Part shown: positions 12,391 to 25,797 of the stretch, piece after piece | How positions within the stretch are numbered: the first letter of the stretch is position 1 | How the letters are laid out: every line of letters begins with the position of its first letter | NCBI GenBank assembly: GCA_951406725.2 | Contig: OX597832.1 | Location: forward strand, 11,594,001 to 11,658,000 | DNA: 64,000 bases | Direction: 5' to 3' | Origin: Octopus vulgaris | Taxonomy: Eukaryota | The notes under the pieces: generated by a model | What the model saw: the letters and a program-made list of their open reading frames with translations, nothing else | Databases searched by the model: none | What the model was told of the DNA's origin: nothing | Position numbers and translations under genes: made by a program

Positions 12391-13744
12391 ATTGTTTACA
12401 TATACTTAATAACTTTGGCTATTCTGAGTGCATTAACGAGCAGGTTAAATATTTAAAAGCTACAAACAAACCAACAGTAGTTGCTAGAAATAACAGTCAA
12501 AACATTAAAATACGCACGAGCAAAGTTAACAGTAAAAACAATGAAAAACATTAAAGCATTCACTTGCTAATTAAATATTTAATAGCTATGAACAAACTAA
12601 CAGGAGTTGCTAGAAATAAGTCAAAATATTGCTTAAAGCAGACATGTATTAGTTTTAAAAAATTCAAGAATCTACAGGATAAATTAACTTTCTCATATCT
12701 CCTTCCCCACATAAATTCACAGAGATAAGAGTCAACCATGGAACGGTCGGATTCCTTCTTTTATGAGAACAAACACATATAGAACACGTGGTGGTTACAT
12801 TCCTTGAGCACATGCGCAGCATCTTTGGTTACTATTGAAACAGAATTCTTCGCCACGGTGATGTGTAAAATACTCGCTTCTGACTAGCTAAAATACCCAA
12901 ATTTTGCAAATTCTAAAGGCTAATAATATTTTATTTATGTATTTATAGGGAAAATGAATTTCATTTTTATAATTATTATACAAAAAATATTCGATATAAC
13001 AAATTTGAAAACAATTGGGACAAAATTATAGACAACCTTTCTCCCGTTCAATGACTCGCTACTTGTTGATTTCTTTCTCGAAACCTCTTGAGATCAGTAT
13101 AATTTTCATAGTCATCTTTGGTCTCTACGATCCCATACTTAAATTCCTATTATATATATAACACGGAAACAGGAAACCATCCCAATGAGTCTACATGATA
13201 AGGGCAGGATCTTAAGGCAAAATTGTTATCGCACCGGAAAAAATAGTTAGCGACTTTGTTCCGACCTTGTTATGATTTCAAGGCCGCCTGGGATCGAAGT
13301 TTTCTTCTATCGTTTCCAGATTGTAAAACAAATACCAGTGGAATACTGGGATCAATGTAATCGGCTTAACCCTCCCCCTAAATCGCCGGTCCTGTGCCAA
13401 AATTTGAAGCCAACATTTCCCGTTTGGTGAGAAACTAAAGTAAAAATTCAAAAATATCTTATCTCGTAGAAGAAGCTTGAATCAGCATGTCGCTTATTTT
13501 TCTATTTTCAAACTTGTTTATATTATAGAATATTTCCAGATAAAAAGCCAAATAAAAATCACCAAAATATTCTATGGTGTTGAGCGTATAGGAATTGTGC
13601 TTAGAAAAGATAGACAGTAAGTGTAGATGAAGAAAAACACCATTGATAAAACGATTGCATGTTTTACAATTAGTAAAAAGAGATTTACTATTGCAGCAGA
13701 AAGAATTTCTCGGGGAAACGTTTCAGGTGGGTGGAATAATACGA

Positions 13745-14160
13745 AAACATCATCATCATCATCACCACCACAAACACACCACCATCACCACCACCATTAT
13801 TATCATCATCGTCTTCTTTTGTTATTGTTTTTCTCATTCTTCTTTTCTTGCTCTTTTCCTCCTTCTTTCGTTGCTGTCGATGCTGCTGCTATTGTTGTTG
13901 TTCTTCTCTTCTTCCTTCTTTTCTTCTTCTTTTCTTTTCTTATTCTTTTCTTCCTTCTTCTTCTCTACTGCTTCTTTTTCTTCTTCTTTTCTTCTACTTC
14001 GTCTTTTCCTTGTTCTTTTACTCCTTTTTCTTCTTCGCCTATTTTTGTTGTTTTCCTCTCCTCCTCCTCTTCTTCTTCTTCTTCTTCTTCTGCTTCTATT
14101 TTCTCCTACTTCTTTTTTTTCCACCTCTTCCTCCTCCTCCTTCTTCTACTTCTTTCAGCT
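13745..14160. repeat. Compound trinucleotide/pyrimidine tract (CAT/CAC/CTT)
   Basis: Direct inspection; it accounts for the low-complexity ORFs at 13627-14235. Confidence 0.9.
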
Positions 14161-15629
14161 TTGGATCATAACTATATTTCTAGCAAACATTCAAACGTAG
14201 CGCAATCGCTCTCATTGTATGTAACATTACTATAAATTCACGATCTGCTTCGTCTTCTACTGATTTGGATTTCAGCTTTAGTTTTCTCTTTTTCTTTCGT
14301 CTTCCTTTATTCCATATAAAAAAAGATATTCCGTTTTGTTTATTTCAATGACATGGACTACGTGAAGCCAACATCAGCTGCAAATATTCTAAATTTGCAG
14401 CGTCTATATCGCCAAAGGACATCGATATTATCGGTCACCAGATAATATGTTTGACCTGAACTTATTATAGGACCACTTGAATGAGGAATGGTAAAAGTAG
14501 ACTCTAGCGGGAACTAAAAACCTGACATTGACTAATAAACAGAGGAGGAAACGATAAGTAAGGCTCTAAGTTGTCTTATGGGATACAAGAAAGCACATGC
14601 TGCTGACGATGATGATAAAGAGAAAGAGGAGGGGGAGGAGGAGGGCACATTTCCTTTGAAAAGAATTTACGACCAAACCTCAAGCCTATATTGTGATGTA
14701 GGATTAGCCGATTAGATTAATATTAGTAACTGGCTGAGTTAAAAACTTAGATAATATGCATCAATATTCTACAGAAGTACTTAGAAATCGTGATTGAGAT
14801 AATATACTTTTATAAGGTGACTGCATTTTAATTAATTAAAAGTTTACCTAATATATATGCTGAAAATTTATTCATATAATGTGTTGGAAATTTCTGGAAG
14901 TCCATTCTCTGCATAACCATTGCGTAGCGCAACAGTAGGAACGAATATTTGTAGATTTGTTACTGAGTTCATGGTGATATGCCGAGGAACTCGGGTTGTT
15001 ACGGAAAGTTGTTACGGAAACATGTGTGTGTTCGGCGCATGAGAAAAGTATGTTTTGTAGTAAGAAATAATACAGAATATAAAATCAAGCTAGCAAGTAA
15101 TTGCTTAACATATGTAAGAAAAACAGAAAACACTTTCTTTGTGAAGCGAAAATATAGTAGAACGTACTTTGAGCCAGTCCTTTCTTGTATAGTCTCTGGC
15201 TGACCAGTGCCATGTGAATGAGTTGATAAAATATGCGGAAACCTGTCGTGTGTATTTGTATGTAGAAATGTCCATGCGTTATTACCCTAGTGTTTGTAAT
15301 TCAGCGCTTGATAAATATTGCTTTCCATGCGATCTTGTAACATAGCGGTTGACAAAAAGAGACTGATAGAATGAGTACCATATTTAATATATTTTCTTAC
15401 GTCTAATGTCGAGAACAACTAGAAGATTAATAGAAAAGTATAGAGTTGTGTGTGTGTCTAGGTTGTGAGTATGTAAGCATTTGTGTAGTGTTTGGGCATG
15501 TGTGTATTTGTGTGTAACTGACTTGATATGGTTTGGGTTTTCTCAATGTCTGAAGATTATGCAAATGTTATGAAATAACCAGAGAATGATTCAGGTGCCA
15601 ACTTTACGCATGTAATATATTGTCGATGT

Positions 15630-15935
15630 GAATATATTCTGGGAGACAGTAATATATTCAGAAATTATGGTAAATCAACAAGATATTATTCTCGAAAGCA
15701 ACCACGAAGAGGTGTGATATATTCAGCTGATTAGTCTCAAATGACGACAATATGTCTCTAAAAGAAATGGAGAATCTGTTTAAGGATAATATCTAGAATT
15801 ATACAGATTCATGAAATTCGAAAATAAACAGAGTTCCTTAGAAATGATGGAAAGATCAACCAAAACAATTCCAAAATCAAAGGACTTCTAAATTAAAGTA
15901 AGACGGCACACTACAGGGCACTGCACATTTTATTA
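15630..15935 (+). mobile_element. Decayed R4/Dong-like non-LTR element, restriction-like endonuclease C-terminus
   Basis: Remnants IFWE.VI, NDDNMSLKEMENLFK and LQGTAHIL match the ILWD..I / D.N...KE.EK..KY / LLGTAHILR motifs of R4/Dong RLE domains. Confidence 0.6.
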
Positions 15936-16125
15936 TGAATAGCACATTGGTACAACATAAGAAACAAGAATTTGCTGCAAAACTGAATGACAGTTGTGTC
16001 AGACGTGGTATCAGACCACGATATAGCTTCATTGACATTGCGATTTTATCCTTCTCTTCCGTATATTGACATGCGCATTACGTTTTAATTCTTCTCTTCT
16101 TTTTCACGTATTCAGTGTGCACATA

Positions 16126-16500
16126 GGCTTAGCAGTGGCTGTGAGTTAAGTAGCTTGCTTACGAATCAAATGGTTCCGGGTTCAGTCCCACTCCGTAGCA
16201 CCTTGGGCAAGTGTCTTCTACTATAGCCTCGGGTCGACCAAAGCCTTGTGAGTGGATTTGGCGGACGGAAACTGAAAGAAGCCCGTCCTAGATATGTATA
16301 TATGTGTATATATGTTTGTGTCTGTGTTTCTCCCACCGTCGTCGCTTGACAACAGATGTCATCGTAACTTAGCGGTTCGGCAAAAGAAACCGATAGAATA
16401 AGTACTAGGCTTACAAAGAATAAGTGCTGGGGTCGATTTTCTCGACTAAAGGCGGTGCTCCAACATGGCCGCAGTCAAATGACTGAAACAAGTAAAAGAG
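16126..16500 (+). mobile_element. SINE family A, full length
   Basis: Runs from head gcagtggctgtgagttaagtagcttgc...ggttcagtccc to tail gactgaaacaagtaaaagag. Confidence 0.9.
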
Positions 16501-17214
16501 AAAATGCTCATTGCGTTTTCTTTCTTTTTGTTCATGAAATGCGTTCGTGAGAAGCGATTCGTACTCTGGTGGTTATGAAAAGAGGAGCCGCAAAACAGTA
16601 TAGGCGACCACAAGGCTGAAATTAATCTGGTCTTGTGTGCAGTTGATGATTCCAGCAAAAATATACAAGAAAGAAACTTAGGAAAACTATAACATAATTT
16701 ACACCTTTCAATCATCCTCGTCATCGTTGTCGTCCCCTTCGACTTGTCATCGTCACCACCACCAAACTAGCCCCACTAGTGCACGCATCATCTTCCTCAT
16801 CATCATCATCACCACCAAAAACATCGTAGCAGCGCATTCATCAGCACTAAGTGCTGTACTATCACAATTGCATGCACGAACTCTAGTTTTATCAGATTGA
16901 ATTATTGTTAATTTTGTTGTTGCTTACAAAACGTGAAATAAATATCATTGAGTAGAACTAAGCAAATATATTCCACCGCAATTTATTGAGACCTTATGTG
17001 GTATGTGTTATATTAAAATCTGATTTCATGGAGATTCGGTAGTTATTTCTAGCAGAGCAGGGAATCACTTAGTATGCTTCGCTATCGCCAAAGAGTTCTC
17101 TGGAAGCGTTTTACGTGGGAATTAGCAATCAATAACCTTCGTTAAATTATTTATGCTTTTATATTCTAACCATGAAAAGCACACACGAAACAACATATAC
17201 ATGATATAGATACT

Positions 17215-17674
17215 GAGAGAGAGAGAGAGAGCGAGGTCAGAGAGGAAGAGGTCGGAGAAGAGAGAGAGAGGTCAGCGGGAGAGGAATAGAGGTCGGGGAG
17301 AGAGAGAGAGAGGTCAGGGAGAGGGATAGAGGTCGGGGAGAGAGAGGTCAGGGAGATGGATAGAGTTCGGGGAGAGAGAGAGGGAAAGAGACAGACAGAT
17401 AGATAGATAAACTGACAAACAGAGACACAGACAGACAGACAGATAGACTGACAAACAGAGACACAGACAGACAGATAGATAGACACACACAGACAGATAG
17501 ATAGATAGACACAGACAGATAGATAGATAGGCTGACAAACACACACAGACAGACAGATAGACACACAGACAGACAGATAGACAGACACACAGACAGATAG
17601 ACAGACAGATAGATAGACTGACAGACACACACAAACAGATAGATAGATAGATAGATAGATTGACACAGACACAC

Positions 17675-17706
<32 letters not shown>

Positions 17707-17910
17707 TGACAGACAGACACACAGATAGATAGATAGATAGATAGATTGACACAGACACACAGATAGATAGATAGATAGATAGATAGATTGACAGACAGAC
17801 ACACAGATAGATAGATAGACTGACAGATAGATTGACACAGACACACAGATAGATAGATAGATAGATAGATAGACTGACAGACAGACACACAGATATATAG
17901 ATAGATAGAT
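17215..17910. repeat. Purine-rich minisatellite followed by a (GATA)/(GACA) complex array
   Basis: 17215-17390 repeats gaggtcagggagagggatagaggtcggggagaga. 17390-17910 is GATA/GACA with the recurring higher-order motif ttgacacagacacacagatag. Confidence 0.92.
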
Positions 17911-18511
17911 GTGCGTTTTATTCCTGTTCTTTCTAACACAAGTGTTTATATGTATTGCACGTAAAGCTACAGATATAGAAAATACATACATTAAATGCTG
18001 AACAGGAAGCACATAACTATATTAGATTTACGAGGACGGAGATACGGTATTTCAAAATCATCATGAATTTAGTTATGCGTTTAGACTCTTAGTTCTGCGA
18101 AAGCTTGCAAGAACGTAATTATATGCAAAACGCATTGGCACTCACGTTATGAAATGCAAATATAATGAAACAACATTAAAGGTGGTGCCCTTTTCTCAAA
18201 TTATATATTCTATAATTTTAAAATTATATTCCTGTGTAAAAATTCAGTGTTGTTTGATGAAATTTCACTATCATTTCCTTTCTTAATCCTTGTTGTGTAT
18301 ATGGTAATGTATGCGGGTCGTGAAAAGTCATATCCTCGCAGAGGTAAGGGTAATCGGAACAATGAGGGTGAATTTAAAAATGGCTGCCGTCTGACAAGAT
18401 TACGCAATCATCATCATCATCATCATCACCGTTGTTGTCGTCGTCATCTCATCGTTATGCATATATACATGTAAACAGATAATTACATATGTGTGCGTGA
18501 GTGTCAGTGCG

Positions 18512-18566
<55 letters not shown>

Positions 18567-18709
18567 GTAGGTGAATGAATTATTCTGTTTATCGTCAGCA
18601 TGGAAAATTCGTTTAAAAAATTCGAAACGTGTCGAGAGTAAAGGAATTTTGTTAACATCTTCATTCGGCTCCATTCTTTAATTTATTTATATATATATAT
18701 ATATCTTTT

Positions 18710-18777
<68 letters not shown>

Positions 18778-18798
18778 CACATGTGTGTGTGTGTACAT

Positions 18799-19132
18799 AT
18801 AATATGTGATCGAAAGTGTTCGAACGTCCTGCGAAACGTGTGTTTACTATAGATGATAACAAAATTTATTACAGAGGGCGCCACAGTACACTCCTTTACC
18901 ACGCGGAACACATGGTCAGCGATCTCACTAGCCGACAAACGGCGCTCGGCCACAGAATGGGAAGCTCTACGGAATTTACGGACTTTGAACGTGGTCAGGT
19001 GCCTCTTGTCTAAGAAGCGTGTACACGAGATTTCCACCCTCCTGAACATCCCTAGGTCCACCGTTTCCGATGTACAAGTGAAGTGGAAACGTGAAGGGAT
19101 GTGTACAACCCAAAGTTATTTGGGTCGATCTC
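18799..19132 (+). mobile_element. Tc1-like transposon 5' fragment (TIR remnant plus transposase N-terminus)
   Basis: From ATG 18957: MGSSTEFTDFERGQV (frameshift) CLLSKKRVHEISTLLNIPRSTVSDVQVKWKREG...GR, a paired-like HTH of Tc1 transposases. Upstream tatgtgatcgaaagtgttcgaac resembles a Tc1 TIR. Confidence 0.8.
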
Positions 19133-19329
19133 CCATGTCAACCATTGTGTTGTGAAAAAGCTCGTATAGCTTAATAGTCTATCAGGCCTATACACACACA
19201 CGCACGTACACACAAACATATACACACCCATATATGAATGGAGGTGATGGTATTATTGCATTTATTCTTTCATTACAAATCCTTCAAAAATACAAGTCTA
19301 TAAATAGTTATTAATATTTCTGTTCCCTT

Positions 19330-19595
19330 AGGGCAGTGAGCTGTCATAATCGTTAACACACCGGACATAATGCTTTGTGGCATATCGTCGGTACTCACGT
19401 TTTGAGTTGAAATTCCGCTGAGCTCGGCTTTGCCTTTTATCCTTTCAGGGTCAATAAATTAATTACCAGTTGAAGACAAGGATCGCTGTAATCGTTTTAC
19501 TTCGCTTCTTTAAGTCTTTTATCTTTTGCATTCAAATTCCACCGAGGTCGACTCTCTCGTAACTGCTGGTCTTGTGGCAAAATTGAAACCAATTG
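19330..19595 (+). mobile_element. SINE family B, diverged
   Basis: ggcagtgagctgtcataatcgttaacac...ctttgccttttatcctttcagggtcaataaattaattaccag. Confidence 0.75.
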
Positions 19596-20409
19596 AACAG
19601 TCTATTATATGGATTATGTCTTGGACCATATATTGTTGAAACGATCGTAACGAATGAATCAATACAATTCGATTAGCTCCATTGCGGAACTTACTTTATT
19701 ATTCTTCACCAAAAATTATCTCTGGAATTTTATGCAAATACCATCTATCCGGTGATGTGGTATCCACAGCAGGGCTTATAAAAGAAATCTTCTTCGTATT
19801 TTCTGCAGTATTCTTGTTTCAGTGATGGGACTGCAATCACACTGGGGGTGCCAACTTGAAGGATTCAGTAGAAGGATTTCAAATCCCAGTTTTTTTTTTT
19901 AAAAACCCGGGACTTATTATATCGGTGAGTTTTGACCGAAATGCTATGTTACAGAGGCGTAAACAAACCAACTGCTGTTGTCAAACGATGGCGGGAACTA
20001 ACACAAAACAAATACAATATAAACTCACACACACACATACACACTTACATACATACATTCCTTCACACGCAAACACACATGCTATTTTACGGAGAGGTAA
20101 ACCAATTAAATGCGGTTATCTAGTGATGGTGAAGGACTAACAAAAAAAACAAACAGACAGTATGAACTCACACACGCAAGTACTCACACACACACACACA
20201 CGTACACATTGCAATGGCTAAGCTGTTGACATTATGGAAGAATATGCTTATATGTGTAGTGTCCATATTTGTAAGCTTTCTGGAGCTTTTGTCTTCCCAA
20301 TATCGATTTTTCATTGATTGTGTCATTTTTTTTCTATCTATAATGTCTTTCTGCATCATACAACATCCGTTCCTTTGTCCCAATACACATTCTTGCACTT
20401 CCATCAATA

Positions 20410-20740
20410 TGCCTCCTCCACTCCCTCCTCCTTTTTCTTCTTCCTCTTCTTTTCTTCTCTTTCACTTATTATCATCATCATCATCATCTTCATCAACGTC
20501 ATTTTCTTCATCAACGTCATCTTCGTCTTACTACTACTACTGCTGCTGCTGCTGCTACGACTAGTACTACTTCTACTACTACTACAACTACTACTACCAC
20601 CACCATTAGTACTACCATTACTACTACTACTACAACTACTACCACCACCACTACTACTACTGCTGCTGTTACTACTACTACTTTACTTCTACTGTTGCTG
20701 CTGCTGTCGTGCTACTACTACTACTACTACTACTACAGCA
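20410..20740. repeat. Compound trinucleotide tract (CCT/CAT/CTA/CTG)
   Basis: Direct inspection. Confidence 0.9.
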
Positions 20741-21644
20741 TCCCTCTCTTTTGTTCTTTCTATTTTCTCCTTGCAAATATTTTCTTTTCTGTCTTTCTTT
20801 CGATTTTCAATATTATAATGGCTTCGACGTTAATGTAGATATAGCACGACTTAAAAACTATGCGATTCCGAATGCATAATTGATGTTAGTGGCCAAGTAA
20901 TAATACCTTTGCCATCTAGGCTGCAATTCTTCATCGTTCTCGATCAACATTCAGCTTATTCCTTATAGTAAGTAGCCAGAAATATTTCTTACTTTACGCC
21001 TTTATTTTATAGCCGTTATCTTGAATGTAGTAGCTAAAATAGGCTTAAAACCACAAAATTTATGGGAGAAAACAGTATGTTAAATTGAGCTTACCATTTG
21101 ATTCGTATTTTATTGTGGATTTTGAAAACGTGAATGACAGTATCGAAAGTCGTGACATTGGAAATCAGGAATTAAATGATTGCAGTTGAATTATGTTACG
21201 TTTTGCTACAGGATGAAACTGCAATTGGACTGCAAATGTATTGCTATATAACGCGATGAGAATAGGTAAAGCGAAATGCTTTTGAAGGAATTTGACAGAA
21301 CGAAACACTTTGGAAGCCCGGTATACCAATATACATACGTGTGTGTATGTTTGTGTGTATAATAATAATAATAATAATAATAATAAACAGGAAGTGCAAA
21401 AACTCGTATTGACTGTAGCGGCTCATGTACTGAGAAGAGCATTATCGCTGTAAAAACAACATCCATCCATGAATTTATTTATTAATTTTGAATACATATT
21501 TTATCTGTGAATTTGCGCGTGTAATTTGGGAATGCATATAATGAGCTTCTCTGCCCTAGGTGTATGGAAAACACTCAGCGAGAAACGGAAGAAAATTTGA
21601 AGAAAGAAGGAAGAAACATAATAATAATAATAATAATAATAATA

Positions 21645-22182
21645 AATGCCCTGATGCAGTACCAGGCAGTGGTTCTCGTTGCTTCTGATCTTACCTGATT
21701 GGAAGTGTTATCAGGTACATTGTTTTGTCTTGGTATAAAAGATGGGATGCAGCAAATATTCCGCTCAATACCACAGATTTGCTTATCAGTTGTTTGACCT
21801 TAACCAGTTGAACATGTCCCTTAGTAGCTGAAGATATGTGCATCTCTGATCACGAGCAGAAGAAGAGGTGGAGCATCATAGCTATATGTTGAGGTGGGTT
21901 CTTTAGGGTTTGAATAATTGATCTCTGGAAACATGGGTGCTTCGTTCAACATCCTTAAACAACCCTTACTCAGGGACCTTTTGAGCGGGATGGGTTACTC
22001 GACTAGAAGCAAATTCTATCTGGGCCCCACCTGCAAGGTCATGTGCTGTTTATCTTGATATGAGACCACCGTGTAGCGCATATATGGTTGTGGTGCATGT
22101 GCCTAATATACCCTTATCAAACGGGTAGTCATGATGGGTATACTGGGCTTCGTATATTTTACCCCAGTGTCACTTTGATGGT
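21645..22182 (+). mobile_element. (AAT)n-associated interspersed repeat, family F (class unresolved)
   Basis: Begins immediately after (AAT)n. Shares tggtataaaagatg...gcaaatattc...ctctgatcacgagcaga...ctctggaaacatgg...gatgggtatactgggcttcgtata with 44432-44592 and 49290-49625. Confidence 0.8.
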
Positions 22183-22299
22183 TGGATTGGAACATTGCGT
22201 GAAAAGAGCCCGAATAAATTATGCAAAATATTATTCGGGGTTCTAATACCTCAGCCTATTTTCTATATCATTGTTTAATTGACGAAGTTCAAAATGTTA

Positions 22300-23200
22300 A
22301 CCATTATCGTTATTCTCATCTCTAAATATAACATATATAATATATATTACAAAATCAAGGAATTAAACTGTACCTAGTTTCATGAACTCGAGTATAAGCT
22401 TTGCGTATGTCGCCACATTCTGTTATATTCTGTTTTCTCAGTAATATTTGAACCATTGGAAATCAACATCACACAGCTCTACACTTGTAATCTTCCTTTT
22501 TGTATCTCATGTTTTAGCTTCGCATGGAAAAATAACAAATCGACGTCTTTGCTAATAGAAATGATATTAATACGTAAATCTGTTACTCAGGATCGATATA
22601 TAAAGAAGCTTTATTGATTTCGAATGTCATTTTAAATCAAATGCATTCTTTAACATTAATTCAATATGGATTTTTCTATAGAGTGTCAAAAGATATTTAC
22701 ATATTTAAGGATTTAATATTACAATAATTGTCTCTAGTTCTAAGATTTGCACCTAATTATCTTCTTTTGCTATTTATACCATCGACGGCTTCCACTGAAA
22801 TCACGTTACTACAAATTTAGTTTAAAATGCTTTTGTTTCTTTTCGATGCTGGCTAGTTTCATTCGCACATATCCGTTCACCAGACATGATCTTTATTCAT
22901 GAAGCTAAGATCATTAGAATATAAAATCCTACACGAATTTCTCAGTTTTCTTTTCAGCTTTGATAAGAGCTTATGGATAAGTAATGTGTCAAATCATTCT
23001 ACAAAGTTGTATCAAGTTTCGTTTCTTACGCTACCTAAACCATCAGTGATCAATAAAGTAACCATCTTGTTCTCGTTATTCCAAACAGAGAACAATATGT
23101 TGACAACATATCATTGATTTCACTTTTAGCAATATATGACATTAAGCGCAGATAAGATCCGAAGCTAAAATCTGGTGGTTATAGTATATCAATTTCTACT
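22300..23200 (-). mobile_element. Decayed CR1/L2-clade LINE reverse transcriptase
   Basis: Ordered minus-strand remnants FVE*FDTLLIHKLLSKL (DF.KAFD.V.H..LL.KL), LVNG, INVKEC (LN..KC), VTDLRINI (V.DLG) and TYAKLILEF (YVRP.LEY). Confidence 0.55.
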
Positions 23201-24484
23201 AGCAGAGAGATGCATTATTCTATTAAAATAACTCCGTTGACAATGACATCAAAGAATTACTGAATTTGTGTGTGACAATAATAACAGAGCCGAAAACTCT
23301 TTCTCTACATTCAGCTTATTGCTGAGAGGTATGTGTAATGAATATATGTTAAAATATTATTCCTTTACCACAGAGCCATAGCATGCTCAAAATACATACA
23401 CATATGACAATTGCATACCAGCTTACACAATGTAATAATTACATAGAGAATACAAACAATATGGCAATCAGCCAGGCTTTTATAGCAACTTGCAAATATA
23501 AGAAAATCTCATGTGTCATTCACGCCTGTTTTGATATCTACAGTTAAATGGCCACCAAAGATGAAATCAATATGTACTAAACATATGCACCCTATTATCA
23601 CCAACCTAATTGCAATGGAATTTCCATCGTACGCCTGATCGAAGATAAATAATACATCTCTTATTCAGATGGAATTTTTATTAGTCTAGCTTCAAAGAAT
23701 ACTCCAAACTAAATAAATTGCAACTGAAACAGGCCTGCTCTTATGTCAACAATACACACATGTATCCATAAAGACATGTATATGTATGTATATATATATA
23801 TATATAAGCACGAATATTTGTTTGTGTAAATCATTGTGTGTGCTTGCGTGATAGGCTTGGGAACTGCATATTTGCAGTTTAATGCAAAGAACATGTTAAA
23901 ATCAACAACGAATAACTGATTGGATGATAGAACCTTCCCTAATGATAACCTACTGCCGTGATATATGTGTAAACATGTTTACATTGTATATATCTATATA
24001 TGTGTGTGTGTGGGCGCGTGCGTGTGTATTTAAGTTTATCTGTGTGTTTGTGCGTGTGTGTATTTCATACAAAACATATTTGGGAGGAAAGTCACTACAA
24101 TACAAAATACTTCCTAAGTTTATTTAATCAAGCATAAATTTTTATATAATTTTAGGGATTTATGCAACATCTACAATTTTTTTTATTTCAAAGTTCTTAT
24201 TGATGTCATCAGTAAATGATTTTTGCTCTGTTTCTTTTGAAATTTAAACTATATTTTCAGAACACTGAACGTCGTAAAATTCATTCTTTTATTTTGCTTC
24301 TTGTGTTAGACTTTGAACTGCATGGACATAGCTTTCAATCGATTTTTTTTTAAAATTCCGTCAAGCCATATAGAATTGTGTCTGTATATGCAATTGTGTG
24401 TGTGCACTGATGTATCTGTATTCATATGGGTATATTTGCATACGTATATGTATTTATGAACGCTCATACACATGCATGAGTGTG

Positions 24485-24522
<38 letters not shown>

Positions 24523-24802
24523 TGTATATTCAGAGAGTGAAAGTATCTGTGACAGAGGGAGAAAGGGAGATTGACATTGCAGACAAGTGAGCATTTGGCA
24601 CAAACACAAGAAAACGAACTTAAATTGGAAACACCACTATATATAAAAGCAATTCAGATATGTATATGAATAAATGAAGACGGCATTAAAATTGTGTGGG
24701 GTAAGAAAGGAAGTATTAGAAATCTGTAATCGCTAAGACTGTCTTGATCTCTGAAATGAGAAGACGAAGAACACTAAAATGGCATTAGGCAAAGAAGTTG
24801 TA

Positions 24803-25356
24803 TTGGGTTGTCCGGAAAGTTCGTGCCGATTTATAGTAGCTTAACTTTCGACTTATTTTAGAACATCGTTGAGTCCATAAAAATATGATTTGACTACACT
24901 TCCATTTAGAGCACAGTTTAAGCTATCTTTTCGTGGAAGAAGATTTATATTCCTATAACGTGTGTTAATTCTGTAACCCCTTAAAATGGAAGATAAGAAA
25001 GTTCATTTTCGGTACTTGATGCTTTGGGGACCAGACAATAATAGCTGCAGCTCGGTTGGGATGTGTTACCCCACCCTCCATATTCAGCAGATATTGCTCC
25101 TTCGGATTTCTACTTATTCAGGTCTGTGCAGAATAGTCTTAATGATAAAAATTTCAATTCTTTGGATGACGTAAAAAGATACCTTGATGAATTCCTTACC
25201 ATGAAACCCTACTCAATTCTGGGAAGAGTCTTTTCAAGATGAAAGAAAGATGAGACGCATTGTGCAACAAAATGGTTTATATTTGGTTGATTAAAATTGT
25301 AATGGCAAGTATTTTCTTTCCTTTAATAATCGGCACGAACTTTCCGGACAACCCGA
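24803..25356 (+). mobile_element. Internally deleted mariner transposon with both TIRs and TA target duplication
   Basis: TIR ttgggttgtccggaaagttcgtgccgatt / aatcggcacgaactttccggacaacccga with TA on both sides. Encodes MEDKKVHFRYLMLW joined to LGWDVLPHPPYSADIAPSDFYLFRSVQNSLNDKNFNSLDDVKRYLDEF (YSPDLAPSD motif). Confidence 0.95.
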
Positions 25357-25577
25357 TAGTAACAATATAAATCAAAACACCGACTTACATACTCTAAATG
25401 AGCTAAACAGTCTACAATAAACAGGCTCTAACAAAGGATAGTTTCGATTATTAAGGAAGCTCACTAATAAGTAACAGAGACTGTTGTAAATAACAGAGAC
25501 TATAACAGAGACAATATTTGTTGTTAGGGTAGGTATAAATCCAAAAATAAGGCATGAAGTTTTATATTTTAAGCCGC

Positions 25578-25797
25578 TAAGGTGGTGAGCTGGAAAATTC
25601 GTTGGCAGGCTGGGAAAATTGCTTAGCGGTATTTCATGAGATTTTACGTTCCCGTCTTGAGTTTAAATTCCGCCGATGTCGATTTTGCCTTTTCGGGGTC
25701 GGTGGGATAATATAAGTACCAGTTATGCACTGGGTCCGATGTAATCGACATGCTCCCTCCCCCAGAATCTCTGGCTTTGCGACAGAATTTGAAAGCA
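25578..25797 (+). mobile_element. SINE family B
   Basis: ggtggtgagctggaaaattcgttggc...aaattccgccgatgtcgattttgcct...ataagtaccagttatgcactggg. Confidence 0.8.

Noticed and set aside
13627-14235. ORFs of 185-202 aa, and similar ones at 20318-20818 and 51598-51896
   Set aside because: Homopolymeric translations of trinucleotide tracts.
17166-18012. Long ORFs (180-257 aa) on the minus strand
   Set aside because: These are translations of the GATA/GACA microsatellite; the lack of stops is a compositional artefact.
21645-21710. Possible HDV-like ribozyme at the 5' end of family F
   Set aside because: I could not assemble the nested P1/P2/P3/P1.1 pseudoknot from the sequence.
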